Shown one piece after another: positions 14,301 to 21,643 of a stretch of DNA of 64,000 nucleotides. Under the pieces are notes generated by a model that was not told where the DNA came from, did not search any database, and saw only the letters and a program-made list of their open reading frames with translations. Positions within the stretch are counted from its first letter, which is position 1. The number at the start of each line of letters is the position of its first letter. Where the stretch lies: positions 57,097 through 121,096 of IMG/VR virus record IMGVR_UViG_3300008262_000018. One strand, written 5' to 3'. This DNA comes from a virus. The translations under genes and the position numbers were made by a program.

Positions 14301-15174
14301 AATAAATAGTATTGTAGAAGCATTAAAAGAATTGGATGAACATGCAGATGCAATTGCTGATAACAACCTCAAAAAAGATATCAACGATATCATGTTATTT
14401 AGTATCTTGCAATCTGGTTTACAGAATAGTAATATAGATTATAGAAAGGTGCTTAGCATTGAGCTTTATTCTGAAACATTAAAGAATATATTTGATTCTT
14501 TCAAAAACAATAATGTAACGTTAGATGCTGATCAAGTTTGGAGAACATTCCATCAAAACAACTGGAGTAACCGAGGTATAGTGAGTAAAGCGCCAGCTTG
14601 GTTAAAAGTAAAAGATGGTGGATTGATTACAGTTGGGTCAAGTAGTGCAATGGCTAAGGTTGATTACTTTGTTAAGTATGTAAAGAAAGATAATTTTACT
14701 AAAGAAGAGTTTAAGCAGTTACAGAAAGAAAAAAGAGCGTATGAAGCATTTGCACCTGTATTATATGAAAATACACAAGCTGTTGATGATAAAGGAAGAA
14801 TAGTGTTTATGCCTATTAATAAACTTGGAGATGGTCCTAGATTCTTAGAAATATACACTGATCCTGATACAGAATCAATACTAGAAGAAAACGACCATAA
14901 GAAATTAACAATTAATAAAAAGTCAAAAATGACACCTGGAGGTGGATGGTTTAAAGTGAGTGATATGCTTAATTCTGTTAAAGAGCAAAAAGATATGAAC
15001 ACTCTTGAATCTGAAGAAACAGAACAAGAAGGGATCAAAGAAGATGAATTCTTTAAACCAGCAGGTGATATTAAAACATTTGCAGATCTTCAAGCAGAAG
15101 CTGTAAGACAATTTAAAGAGCAACAGAAAAAGAAAAAGGACGATGAAGGTAATCCTTTCAAATGTAAAAAATAA
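2347..15174 (+). CDS. Giant virion-packaged RNA polymerase (crAss-like), 4275 aa, with N-terminal hydrophobic and zincin-like regions
   Basis: GFRIPTQ followed by GKSGSDFDIDKL (DFDID at 12325-12339), the catalytic DxDxD motif of crAss/phi14:2 gp66-type RNAP; FVDGAKDP motif; HEAFE...EMLADEF zincin-like motif at about 7831. Confidence 0.9.
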   Translation: MAENKLFEGMQLDQKLGMDEFEQQLDLEGLDKKPFEVTADTSLPRRIKTEEQALNALNDAFVRGTQATRGGSSGLYNPKIVPYNSVKKYLDMPYGYNYGLDNDNFYANQEHWLKTAGKGIMRFGIGTVAKVGEGAGFLLGLSNPLNWDGDVISNAADNGISQLFGALDQKTKEDWFPLYQEAEDREKGFWNRLFTDGDFWAGDIADGFAFAVSVFVPGMALSKLGLGAKVLRATAPLRIGTGIAEDAVINAGKVQNYLTRGAQIAKGIDKFTAWGTMTASESLFEAAEIKRNIINSLTQDEFGNYVINKETGRPYTEEEKKRIAGQNAQGAFLLNTALLGMTNIIQLRWLGKIFNEGAELSTKRIIGTKNLTDVLKLPSASGKISKFLDGKLGAFFSGLPTAIASEGFVEENFQLAIQRLTESYGKKGKVRDYLNVKELLGQVGSQTLKAILGDDPEASTSIGLGGLIGTSMSGVSNVMNFSREKVNNENLVTSYNNAQQNWLKFGNIYKTQTVETTDDSGNIVKTEKIVFDPQGRPEEDVEKVAGVLTGYRAVTSMLDESEKLKDGLIKTTMRDMAFAEFVKAHINAGIESNLLEKLDDVIKASPEEVVKLGFILDDNVADQVNRYKNLASKIMKQDKLINRDILFDNTPEDLARKNTLIDLASKQAVYENLRDEISKSQTELKNELIDTKNTSLSDGLVDQLNDLVYRINAQEEKLNSLKKTGEQSFAYTMANDVLNDLKSDLNDLLKNNELSVKDIKKGKDGFYKYEKKRRNRPGIVDQYNKKSKVKSELENYIDELGYEWAKYADAINGKDNFLKTYNEEVIEPLNNDLTKKEEVEKELASRPKVASATIKDSEGNDVDISFSEKDVYTRVNPTTKKTEKIQVESIDLEKGMVIVIAPNGTSITAPIKDFSQVLFNEQWKLEKVKEKPKAEPKEGQDPSETEEGLFTEIEDGKLTAEEEKYAQRPKFQEVGFGKTFGRQFNDPPANTIPNTENGSDRFYYFTAKHNVYNRYYFLKVVTADNDEFKIRDSKQNPDDIKVVLMKRTKTGEDQFRYDYVDKDNKIIPEGSATKNNIIYRSLIDINNLDIDRVKRDYTIGGLTDAEIQKAIDEHIAFQKDLAKRIKEGEEVFLKAVSTSPGVHTIMYSNEFDEKGNPKPAEQPLEGRIIARDPDFDDLRSANNPEINIDLRVVTADNVPAQGIRAGRLVMQEYTLENGRKIWGDNIYRVFNRQLDENEKENIYNALLRLSDLYIKKYGKKNFFGKKVKKSTKLSKEEESELNLITGYLKGVINWSKPKAKEKVSDKNFWISNGLHRGSTVVPFDRASITKNKEKLTKGLYHNVNSTYLKEDMSFTTLKFDKLGKASKDVKYDTYTEYLLAKREKGAPPVYTSLPLANSDIPQRTNAYIKWQEVGVKEDVVEDTKKREEKMDAASSALPKIDREINEFVSLKRKYLKIRGVEFKFTISKDSVVFSFKTEKGYEQKTDPIPLSEVPKRRDDLIQVISKRTGYKYGATAAFHKLTLETLEKEKKRKEEAKKKAEEAAKKKPSVSTDAKVKIEAKKAEIQKLEKEKSDLLTETKTSEKSEIDAIRDLLKIGNKFKIDGIDVTVIPYGTGMMISADGVLPIKGYVFRTKNLNEDELNNLTYILYQNNFKGNKNVPLSTSEIDAKINKAKQELAVLEGGAKPTEVTTEGPFFSIEDAVSNATIKDGIATAVVSTKNITTNEVAELYRAEVKIVGGNVQAAKRELSKKLLAQIDTIDDNDIPFRLATEQEVSELEDFDEYQKFMGEKLPQIPIQRVNNLIYGKALGAFLKGGIYIYNKASKGTGYHEAFEAVWASYLTDDEQFELIKEFRQREGSFTNPYTNITKPYAEATRYDVREMLADEFGPYIENESFSPKTVGEKTKNILQKLWEFIKSIFGLSKKDRKDFDTYVNKIFKKISKGGYKNAKPIRDVMTLAPSFKVAPGLNQQQTLDALEGINFYFFKELFLRGNTVDSIIRGLDKNEINKLLTNTFDTAFNQVVANANVVNTGVAKIVSEQKKALYDIFKANLKRYGVRFFELEEQDESKTNDPLGIRDSITIDPRKTTSVNVSLLLLSLPDIRTINGKLKHQLNDLGQPTLVDSSRVHTLLLNELSNVSFIVKEDGTKVNAFDQMIEKLDEKYMNTKLVDGKLVKDGTYREGYQWVNSLKIRLKYQDLKGNRIQTNELDIDDISLRVAFIKSFSNTKFIPDKMIVESDGFIYNFNPLINVNEDRIRKDWANNIKKQLISNKSKLFKLQKSGRYTVNQASDDYFMLVDYKDSVGLEPVLEGFRKLGIEFSATTTELSRYETTLREQYIQIVNRFEDKTITDLEDLFAKDVIGGRIDTLIGIESKFEGEDNVLSYYNADGEIQYSVGIPSLFGTTINILNKVNSLEELVTTAPWLGFINNEGKAELHPYQTNSMLLKPGGLLFNKDGKRKRASKDQELTYRVISGTGVSNVDGTNTAKLQFPERIALKIHYLLNNVTFTLINSDKSTEYGISLPSKLFVETSDVDNLLNDEDQKITNIYIDQLKDELAAAVFQKTDPQNIQYYSKGVFDLGHFRDILSDKVKDKFKKNILDEESKDFGDYEKFVEDNLKDIEKDIRTYLKAKVEETYNFLLENDIFYKPGSRGFWTDLKITDAIDNELLNKVLSIEPKTVKDRDGYTSDDIMKIAGYLAINEEISVTEQHKIVYGHPAMYKDLPKRANGPTSTKEALVEDSDIVSWQDNNMPRHDLKKRSEDVNQTINVVSYKDMDVVSIFYKEIAENIYKDLRNAGLSQEEAEKKVGARFDESNNITGFIIKNGEYTGSVSAYLKLTESDAMAMGMPDAIRDLLFASSKFTDERAAQWDYEIAYEKLVRSGTIKAKDGTTIKKSDPRYRKFSKAELADALEIYKVGDPGYIFEVLKPQYFGYGVTKNISHPVFLKHAVQPKFYRHVEGTQFEKLYIAAQSNKIDIIGFESGEKVGNVTTESGDFVPVYNDLGGTNIDETDGKYAFPEDLPIQTLYSRFYGIQVEQSNKPKKSVVRGTQVTKIIMTNFYENGLPINESIGTLIEDYNSTIDSIIKLGKEKLLKDLGLERDGKDYKTKDLSKLIEILRAEAESRDLPDNIIDAIDYIEDIENEEQSLLYSFDTIITREKIDNILNSIVDSRVISEKMNGKSSPQVASTLYESNPRSFMYVKDGVYTQLSKSALKTLTEEERKSIKMTSSDLKFYRKGKDGKTLSMEVYIAWPFGDQVTPEQMGLKLENGIYKVPEGALRNMDKEILRIIGFRIPTQAPNSIESIIIKGFTPATNGDMIVVPSEIVGKSGSDFDIDKLNLYMPNVEIDVDGNKYYGETEFNDFLYNNLVKRGLSADKAKQVIDTFTKDDYVQLNRTTFAEAGKYQKNAELSLNDISKRMQASDQTLEYIKKGIQAYNLNSKNRKYIRYIPEDTTTKQGLQNRLIRIMSDLILSPENYVQLVTPNSTATLKGLANRMSRLEAIANPDSLKQNEKSLTYLRSFIGTTKTRERYLTAKQMVGISALHSTFHAMAQKVGLKVKAEYKTKNIGYLIPKEEETTGKGRNKTTTLKAKTVEPIVIKLPHHPADEKTGLFSIGYKKAVDGQDISEMNSESTSGFVDGAKDPFVFDLKLSMNTASTWFYLRHMGVPESYIAALFSQPIIVDYFKKFAKNRSNFKKQNGENLSREELMFEAVAPYYDKVVKGGSLLATLNSIEESTFNVSFKNQRKNDILKQLDVIYNTFDEFTLSELEEAITLGEKADPKLQIAALLSYLRYNAQASYLSSFIAGIGFDTGKTATTQEAILQMSKWKKAEKQEFINNPNAIMDETFLGQLKAQKEDVFNMFRRFFITLSPDILNVFQKLYDKLDDPDTFLMRDDAYNLITRYQNHVLGYILHTTPFKTFDGTEKTLNQMYEDMFKGDNSIAKRLLDLKNSKDDTISENLFIKELMPLLTNNDIKTNNISLFRNRLDTFEINSIVEALKELDEHADAIADNNLKKDINDIMLFSILQSGLQNSNIDYRKVLSIELYSETLKNIFDSFKNNNVTLDADQVWRTFHQNNWSNRGIVSKAPAWLKVKDGGLITVGSSSAMAKVDYFVKYVKKDNFTKEEFKQLQKEKRAYEAFAPVLYENTQAVDDKGRIVFMPINKLGDGPRFLEIYTDPDTESILEENDHKKLTINKKSKMTPGGGWFKVSDMLNSVKEQKDMNTLESEETEQEGIKEDEFFKPAGDIKTFADLQAEAVRQFKEQQKKKKDDEGNPFKCKK

Positions 15175-15183
15175 GCAAACACT

Positions 15184-18100
15184 ATGGCAACTACAAATTG
15201 TGATGTAAAACAGAATGCTATTAGCTATTTAAAAAAGAAGAACGTAATTGATGATAGATTATTTATCACTAGTCCTCGTTTTTATATTGAGAATGATAAG
15301 CTTACCCAATATGCTAAACAAAAGTATGGATTGAAGATAGAAGGAAGCTTATTTGATAGAACACGTATTGTTTTTAAAGATGTCAATGTTCAAGATAAAT
15401 ATAAAGTAGTGCCGAATGATGAGCTCTTTAATGAGCTTCAAGAAAGATATGATGAAGTAGAAGCTGTAAAAGAAGAAACTAAAGTTGTAGAAGTTAAACC
15501 AGGAGTAGAAGAACTATTTGATTCTAATCCTGAATTAGCTAATCAAGTATATGAAGCTTTAGAGTTTAATACGTCAATAGTTCCTAATAAAGTAGTTAGT
15601 ATTAATAATACTAATTTTGGAGATGAAACACCAAGTAATGAAAATGAAATAAGTTTTAATCTAAAAGATATAGAAATTGAAGAGTTCAATGATATTATTA
15701 CTAAAAATAAAGCAACTATATACTTTACTATATCTGATAAAAAAGCATTAACATTTGGAAAAAGGGCAAATGGCACTATAGGTCAAATGATGCTGCAAAA
15801 AAAAGATAATATTGTTACTATATCAAGTGTAGCCCTTTATAGTCCTAATGTAAGAGTTGGAGAAATACAGTTAAAAATTAATGAAGGAAAAGGAATAGGT
15901 AAATATATTTATGAACTAGTAGGTGATAAACTTTTAGATAACGGATTGATTTTAAAATCTGACACCTCTATGAGTATAGGTGCAAAGAATGTTTGGGATT
16001 ATTTTGTAAAAAACAATAAAGCTGAAAAAACAAAAGATAACACATATTTTTATAAAGGTAATCAAATAACCCCACAACAAAAACAACAAGCTTTACAACT
16101 ATACTCTCAATACTTAGATACTATATTTCCTGATAGTAAAGTAAAAGATATTGTTTATAGAGGAGGTAATTTAGGATCAAAACAACCCCAAGATGTAGAA
16201 GCTTTTACTACTAATAAATTTTATGCTGAATATAGAGCAGGACAAAATAACACAAATGTTTATCCTGCTGTTTTGAATATAAAAGATTCTGAATTAATTG
16301 AGAAAAAAGAAACTAGAACTTTATCTTTAGATAGAGATGAATTTCAATATGAAGATTATGGGTTTACTGATAACAAAGATCAAACTAAACAACTTGGTAA
16401 TTTTTACACAGTAAAAGAAAATAATAGACATATACTAGGAAACAAACAAGACATAGAAGGATTTAAAGAGTTTGTAAAAGAACAACCCAAAGAAAAAAAA
16501 GAAGAAGAAGTTTCTAAAGTAGATTTAGCAGAAGCTCTTGATGATGACTTTATATTTAATGACGATACATTTGGAGATACAATACAAGATGAATCAGAAG
16601 ATGGTATTGAATACCAACTCACTGAAGATGAGCCTATTGTAAATACTCCACCTGATATGTCTATAGATGAGAAGATAGAAAGATTCTTACAAAAGATAGG
16701 AGTATCTGTAAATACAGTGCAAGAGATTAGAGACTCCACTGGTAGACTTGTAGATGCAAATGCTAAAGCAGATATGCTTAATAAAGTGATAGAAGTTGTT
16801 TCTGATAGACAGCTTCTTGATACTCTACCTGAAGAAGCAGCTCACTTTTTTGTAAACATGCTAGGCACTAGCAACCCTCTTTATAAAAAGATGTTTGATA
16901 AGATTACTGATTATCAAATATATGCACGCACTGTTGAGGTTTATAAAAAGAATAAAGATTATAGAAATGCTGATGGCACACTTAACATTAATAAGTTAAA
17001 GAAGGAAGCTATTGGTAAAGTGATTGCTCAACACATTATAGGAAATGAGAAAGGTATTGAATCAGAGAAAAACTTAGGTTTTTTAATGAATATCTGGAAT
17101 CAAATCTGGGACTTTGTTAAATCATTCTTTATTCAAGCTGAAGAGAATCCTTTTGAAACTTCTGCAAAAGCAATAGTGGAAGCTAATGTTGATGAGCTTA
17201 GTACAGACTTCACTGAGAACGAGTTGTTTTATCAGATGAATGAACCTCTAACAGGATTGTTAGCTGATCAAGAAAATATTAAACTAGATGATACTGTAGA
17301 CCCACGTACAGGTCAAAAAAGACACATCTACACTTATAAAGGAGAACAAGCTAAAGGTAGTGTAACAACATATTATGTTGATGCTTGGCTAAAAAAGATA
17401 TTTAGATCAGATCAAAGGTCGCAGGTTCAAAAAATGATTGACTTAGCCAAAGCTGATTATGGTGATGTTATTCATGATCAAATAAAAAAATTGTTTCAGA
17501 GTTGGACTAATGAAGATGGTACAAAAAGAAGTGTGCAAGCTTCTATAGAAAAAGTTGTACCAGCTGGTCCTATATATAATTTGTTGAATACATATGTTCA
17601 ACAAATTATGAATCAATACGATAGTAACACTAAGTTTTTTGCTGAGATGAAAATATTTGATCAGCAAAAGAAAATTGCAGGTAGTGTCGATTTAGTTGTA
17701 GTGAAGCTTAATGAATATAACGAACAAGTTGTAGATATATACGATTGGAAATCTCAGGAAATATTTAGAGATCAAGAAGACATAAAGCCATACAAAGAAC
17801 CAATGTATAGAATTCAGCTTGAAAACTACAAGAAGATTCTTCAGAAACAATATGGGTTTAAGAATTTTGATAGGGTGAGGGCTATTCCTATTAGAACAAG
17901 CTTTATATACAAAGACAATCAAATATATAATATAAAGTCTATTGAAATAGGTAGTGTAGATCCTACTAAAATTCCTGATGATAAAAACTATTTGCTTCCT
18001 GTCACTTTAAAAACTGAATCTACAGGACAAGAGGATTTGGATAGATTGATCTCTAAGCTGAACGCTATTCTTTCAAAGATTGAAAACTTTAAATACTCAT

Positions 18101-21100
18101 CAGAAGAAAGATATAAGAAGAGAGAAGAGATAAATCAGTTGAGAGTTGCTATTAGAGACTTACAATTAAGAAATAGGATTGATAAGTTTATTGCTGTTGG
18201 TTTAACTAATTACAAAAAGTATAGTGAAAGACTAGCTTCTGAAAAGCTTACAGGTAAAGAGATATTTGAAGCTCTTAGAATATTAGGTGTATTTACAGAA
18301 AGTAGTGAGTTGTTAAGAGATATGCGTGAGGAATATTACAAAGTGCTTTCAGAAAAAGGTGATAAAAAAGAATTAGCAAAGTTTGAAGCTGTTAATAAAA
18401 ACTTTGCAACAATGGTGTCAAAAGTTAATGGTCTTATTAAAGATATTAACAGATATCAAAATGAAAAAGTAAAAGCAAAAGCAGATGAAAAAGGTATAAA
18501 GAACATACTTGATCCTGAATCTGCTATAGGTGTGTTACCAGGATGGTTACAAGCTTTAAGTAATATCAATAGAAATTCTTTTAAATTATTCTCAAATCTG
18601 TTACGAAGAGCTCAAACAAAAAGAGATGTTAAATATGAAGATTCTCTTAAGAAATTAAAACAGCTAAAAGTTAATTATATTAAATGGGCTGAATCAAAAG
18701 GTCTTAGTGCAACTCAAGGTATTAATAAGATTCTTCAACTAGATGAAAAAGGAAACTGGAATGGTAACTTTATAAATAAGTATAAGAAAGAGTTTAGAGA
18801 TTTAAAAAAGGAAAGTATTCAAAAAGAAGATATAAAATGGCTTTTAGAAAATCTTGAATATGATGAAGAAGCATATAAACAAAAAGAAAAAGAACAAATA
18901 GATTTTATAAAGTCTGTTCAATATTATCTTGATGAAAAAGAAAATGAAGAAGTAATTAAAAAAAGGATAAAAGAGTGGGTTGATTTGCATAGAGTTATAG
19001 ATCCTAATGGTAAAATTAATCGAAAAGCATTATTAAATAAACAAAATAGATTTTTAAAAGGAAGTGATAAATGGTTAAGTAATGAGTGGAATGATCTACA
19101 AAAAGCTGAGAATAAACCACTTAAAGAAATGTATGATTATTTTCAATCTTTGTTAGAGTATTCTAAGAAGCTTGGAATGTTAGATGGTAATGTTCGTGGA
19201 TTTATTCCAGCAATGAATGCTGATAAAATTGATCAGTTTGCTTTTGGATCTATATCTGATTTGTTTAGTAAAAAAGGATTCTTTGAAGATTTAGAGATAG
19301 ATAGTGGTACACAATACACTCCGCAAATTGACCCAACAGATGGAACTATAGTGAATAAAATACCAGTGTATTTTACTAAAGATCTTGGTGTTAAAAGAGA
19401 GGATGGAACAATGGATTATTCTAAAAAGTCAAGAGATCTTTTTAAAATATTTGGAGTGTGGGCTGGGCATATGTACAACTATGAACAAATGCAACAGCTT
19501 GAGGATGATGCAATTATGATAGTAAATGTTGAAGCAAATAAGAAAAGCTTAGTTACAAATATGTTTGGTGATCCTGTTTCAGAAAATGGAATTGTAAAAA
19601 CAATAGATAAAAATGATAGAAATGCTAAATTATTAGAAGATTTTGTAAACTATTATTTATACGATAAACAAAGCGACACTTTAAATGATGTTAAATTTAA
19701 GGTGGGCAAAAAAGAGTATTCATTGCTTAAGACAACACAATCAGCAATGAGCTGGTTTAGTTTAAAGACACTTGGTTTAAATCCTATATCTGGTACTGCA
19801 AACTTTGTAGGTGGTCTTGGTAATATACTATTCACTGCACAAAAAGGTATAATGTATACCAAAAAAACATGGGCAGAAGCTACTTATAAATTAACGTCTA
19901 GAGATAAAAAAACTTGGGCAGCACTAGATTACTTTAGTGTTTTAGCTGAAGGAAAAGGTCAATCGTTAATTCAGCAACTATCTTTATCATCAACAAGTAA
20001 GATTTTAAATAAAAATAATGCATATATCATTCAGAGAATTTCAGATAGAGGAGTTGAATACCCATCAGCTGTAGCTTTGATGTTAGAACATATGTTAGAT
20101 GGTGATAAAATAGTTAGTATTCAACAGTATGTAAAGAATAAATATAACTACAATGAAACTTTTTACAGTCTTCCTAAAAGTGAACGTAATGATTTAAAGA
20201 AAAAAATAGAAGATGAGGTGGGTGAGTTGAAAAAAACAAAAAGTTTATTAGTTGTAGGACAGGTGAATAAAGAAGGCGAATTTGAATTACCAGGTATTAC
20301 AAAAGAAAGCGAGGCATATGCTGCTTTTAGAGACAAGATAAAAGGTGTTAATAAAAAGATCATTGGTAACCAAACGCGTGAAGATATAAATAAAGTAAGA
20401 ACTACTATGCTTGGTAATGCGATGATGCAATTTAGAAACTGGATTCCAGAAATGGTGGAAGAAAGATTTGATGGTTTAAAGTTTGATGAAGAATTGCAGA
20501 CATGGACATATGGAAGAGCTAATGCTTTTTTTAGCGATCTATTTTCAAAGAGAGCCTTGCTTTTAGGTAAAGCATTAATAACAGGACTTGGTGAAGGATC
20601 TGTAATAAAACTTGCTAAACAGAAATATCAAGACATGAAAGCTGAAGCCTATGAAAAAGGAAAGTCTTTTGATATTACAGAAGGAGAGTTTATAGACTTA
20701 TATATAGGTAATATTAGAGCTTTAATGAGTGAAATAATGGTAATTATTGGTGTTTTAACTTTATTAACTTCAATTACTGGTGGAGATGATGATAAAAAAA
20801 CAGGAGTTAAAAAATACTTATCAAGAGCTTTGAAAAAATATTATAATGAATTTGCTTTTTATTACAATCCAAAAGAGTTAACAAAAATTATAGACCAACC
20901 ACTTCCTGTACTTGGTTTAGCTAATGATTTTATGACATTTGGTTATGACTTTACAAAAGAAATTGTAGCTAAAGGTGTAGGAAATGAAGACTGGGAAAAA
21001 GAAGCTAAACCTTTAAAATACTTTAATAAAATGGTTCCCATAGGTAAAGAAGCAATGATGTGGATGGCAGTGTATGATGATGACTTTAGAAAAGAATGGG

Positions 21101-21117
21101 ATATAAGAATTCAATAA
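15184..21117 (+). CDS. Large polyvalent virion cargo protein (GNAT-like, ART-like, zincin-like and PD-(D/E)xK domains)
   Basis: 1977 aa; GKGIGKYIY..SIGAKNVW (GNAT), IVYRG..VYPAVLNIK (ART-like), LPEEAAHFF, IAGSVDL..DIYDWKS..YRIQLENY (PD-(D/E)xK). Confidence 0.7.
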   Translation: MATTNCDVKQNAISYLKKKNVIDDRLFITSPRFYIENDKLTQYAKQKYGLKIEGSLFDRTRIVFKDVNVQDKYKVVPNDELFNELQERYDEVEAVKEETKVVEVKPGVEELFDSNPELANQVYEALEFNTSIVPNKVVSINNTNFGDETPSNENEISFNLKDIEIEEFNDIITKNKATIYFTISDKKALTFGKRANGTIGQMMLQKKDNIVTISSVALYSPNVRVGEIQLKINEGKGIGKYIYELVGDKLLDNGLILKSDTSMSIGAKNVWDYFVKNNKAEKTKDNTYFYKGNQITPQQKQQALQLYSQYLDTIFPDSKVKDIVYRGGNLGSKQPQDVEAFTTNKFYAEYRAGQNNTNVYPAVLNIKDSELIEKKETRTLSLDRDEFQYEDYGFTDNKDQTKQLGNFYTVKENNRHILGNKQDIEGFKEFVKEQPKEKKEEEVSKVDLAEALDDDFIFNDDTFGDTIQDESEDGIEYQLTEDEPIVNTPPDMSIDEKIERFLQKIGVSVNTVQEIRDSTGRLVDANAKADMLNKVIEVVSDRQLLDTLPEEAAHFFVNMLGTSNPLYKKMFDKITDYQIYARTVEVYKKNKDYRNADGTLNINKLKKEAIGKVIAQHIIGNEKGIESEKNLGFLMNIWNQIWDFVKSFFIQAEENPFETSAKAIVEANVDELSTDFTENELFYQMNEPLTGLLADQENIKLDDTVDPRTGQKRHIYTYKGEQAKGSVTTYYVDAWLKKIFRSDQRSQVQKMIDLAKADYGDVIHDQIKKLFQSWTNEDGTKRSVQASIEKVVPAGPIYNLLNTYVQQIMNQYDSNTKFFAEMKIFDQQKKIAGSVDLVVVKLNEYNEQVVDIYDWKSQEIFRDQEDIKPYKEPMYRIQLENYKKILQKQYGFKNFDRVRAIPIRTSFIYKDNQIYNIKSIEIGSVDPTKIPDDKNYLLPVTLKTESTGQEDLDRLISKLNAILSKIENFKYSSEERYKKREEINQLRVAIRDLQLRNRIDKFIAVGLTNYKKYSERLASEKLTGKEIFEALRILGVFTESSELLRDMREEYYKVLSEKGDKKELAKFEAVNKNFATMVSKVNGLIKDINRYQNEKVKAKADEKGIKNILDPESAIGVLPGWLQALSNINRNSFKLFSNLLRRAQTKRDVKYEDSLKKLKQLKVNYIKWAESKGLSATQGINKILQLDEKGNWNGNFINKYKKEFRDLKKESIQKEDIKWLLENLEYDEEAYKQKEKEQIDFIKSVQYYLDEKENEEVIKKRIKEWVDLHRVIDPNGKINRKALLNKQNRFLKGSDKWLSNEWNDLQKAENKPLKEMYDYFQSLLEYSKKLGMLDGNVRGFIPAMNADKIDQFAFGSISDLFSKKGFFEDLEIDSGTQYTPQIDPTDGTIVNKIPVYFTKDLGVKREDGTMDYSKKSRDLFKIFGVWAGHMYNYEQMQQLEDDAIMIVNVEANKKSLVTNMFGDPVSENGIVKTIDKNDRNAKLLEDFVNYYLYDKQSDTLNDVKFKVGKKEYSLLKTTQSAMSWFSLKTLGLNPISGTANFVGGLGNILFTAQKGIMYTKKTWAEATYKLTSRDKKTWAALDYFSVLAEGKGQSLIQQLSLSSTSKILNKNNAYIIQRISDRGVEYPSAVALMLEHMLDGDKIVSIQQYVKNKYNYNETFYSLPKSERNDLKKKIEDEVGELKKTKSLLVVGQVNKEGEFELPGITKESEAYAAFRDKIKGVNKKIIGNQTREDINKVRTTMLGNAMMQFRNWIPEMVEERFDGLKFDEELQTWTYGRANAFFSDLFSKRALLLGKALITGLGEGSVIKLAKQKYQDMKAEAYEKGKSFDITEGEFIDLYIGNIRALMSEIMVIIGVLTLLTSITGGDDDKKTGVKKYLSRALKKYYNEFAFYYNPKELTKIIDQPLPVLGLANDFMTFGYDFTKEIVAKGVGNEDWEKEAKPLKYFNKMVPIGKEAMMWMAVYDDDFRKEWDIRIQ

Positions 21118-21119
21118 TA

Positions 21120-21147
21120 AAAGGGGAGAATTTATCTCCCCTTTTTT
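21120..21147. terminator. Bidirectional intrinsic terminator between convergent blocks
   Basis: aaaggggaga-attta-tctccccttttt. Confidence 0.8.
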
Positions 21148-21365
21148 TACCACCATGTGTAGCTTACACTAAAGAAAATAAAGCCTACTGTTACTGTATG
21201 ATATGGATTGACAATAACTTCATTGTTTTTTGTTACACCATCGCATTTATTTATGCATTCATAACTAATTCCTAATAAACATAATTCTTTACTTAAAAAA
21301 CCAATATGAATTCTTTTCATATTGAATTTTCTGTTATCTACTTTTAAATCACTTGCTTTAATCAT
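21147..21365 (-). CDS. Hypothetical protein
   Basis: 72-aa ORF coupled to upstream gene, ends at the terminator. Confidence 0.55.
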   Translation of the reverse strand: MIKASDLKVDNRKFNMKRIHIGFLSKELCLLGISYECINKCDGVTKNNEVIVNPYHTVTVGFIFFSVSYTWW

Positions 21366-21634
21366 AACTGTTTGTTTTTTAAAGTTTTATCAATTAATAA
21401 ATCATCTCCCTCTTTTACAGAACTAAATCTCACTGCTACATCTTTATTGTAATAGTCGATATAGATTCTTTTTTTGGATTTAGCCCTAGTCTGTAAGATA
21501 TTAACTGTGACTCCTAATTTTTTACTAGCTGTTCTATAATTAGAAAATACACCAATTAATTTTTTGTTTTCTGGGTCATAAATTTTAACACACGTTCCTG
21601 CATCTAAATATTCGCATAAATCTTGTACAAGCAT
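21362..21634 (-). CDS. NUMOD1-like HTH DNA-binding protein
   Basis: KIYD..KLIGVFSNYRTASKKLGV resembles NUMOD1/IENR1. Confidence 0.5.
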   Translation of the reverse strand: MLVQDLCEYLDAGTCVKIYDPENKKLIGVFSNYRTASKKLGVTVNILQTRAKSKKRIYIDYYNKDVAVRFSSVKEGDDLLIDKTLKNKQL

Positions 21635-21643
21635 GTTTCAAAA

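Noticed and set aside
1531-20363. Many short minus-strand and alternate-frame ORFs inside the giant genes
   Set aside because: Shadow ORFs of long coding frames with no motifs.
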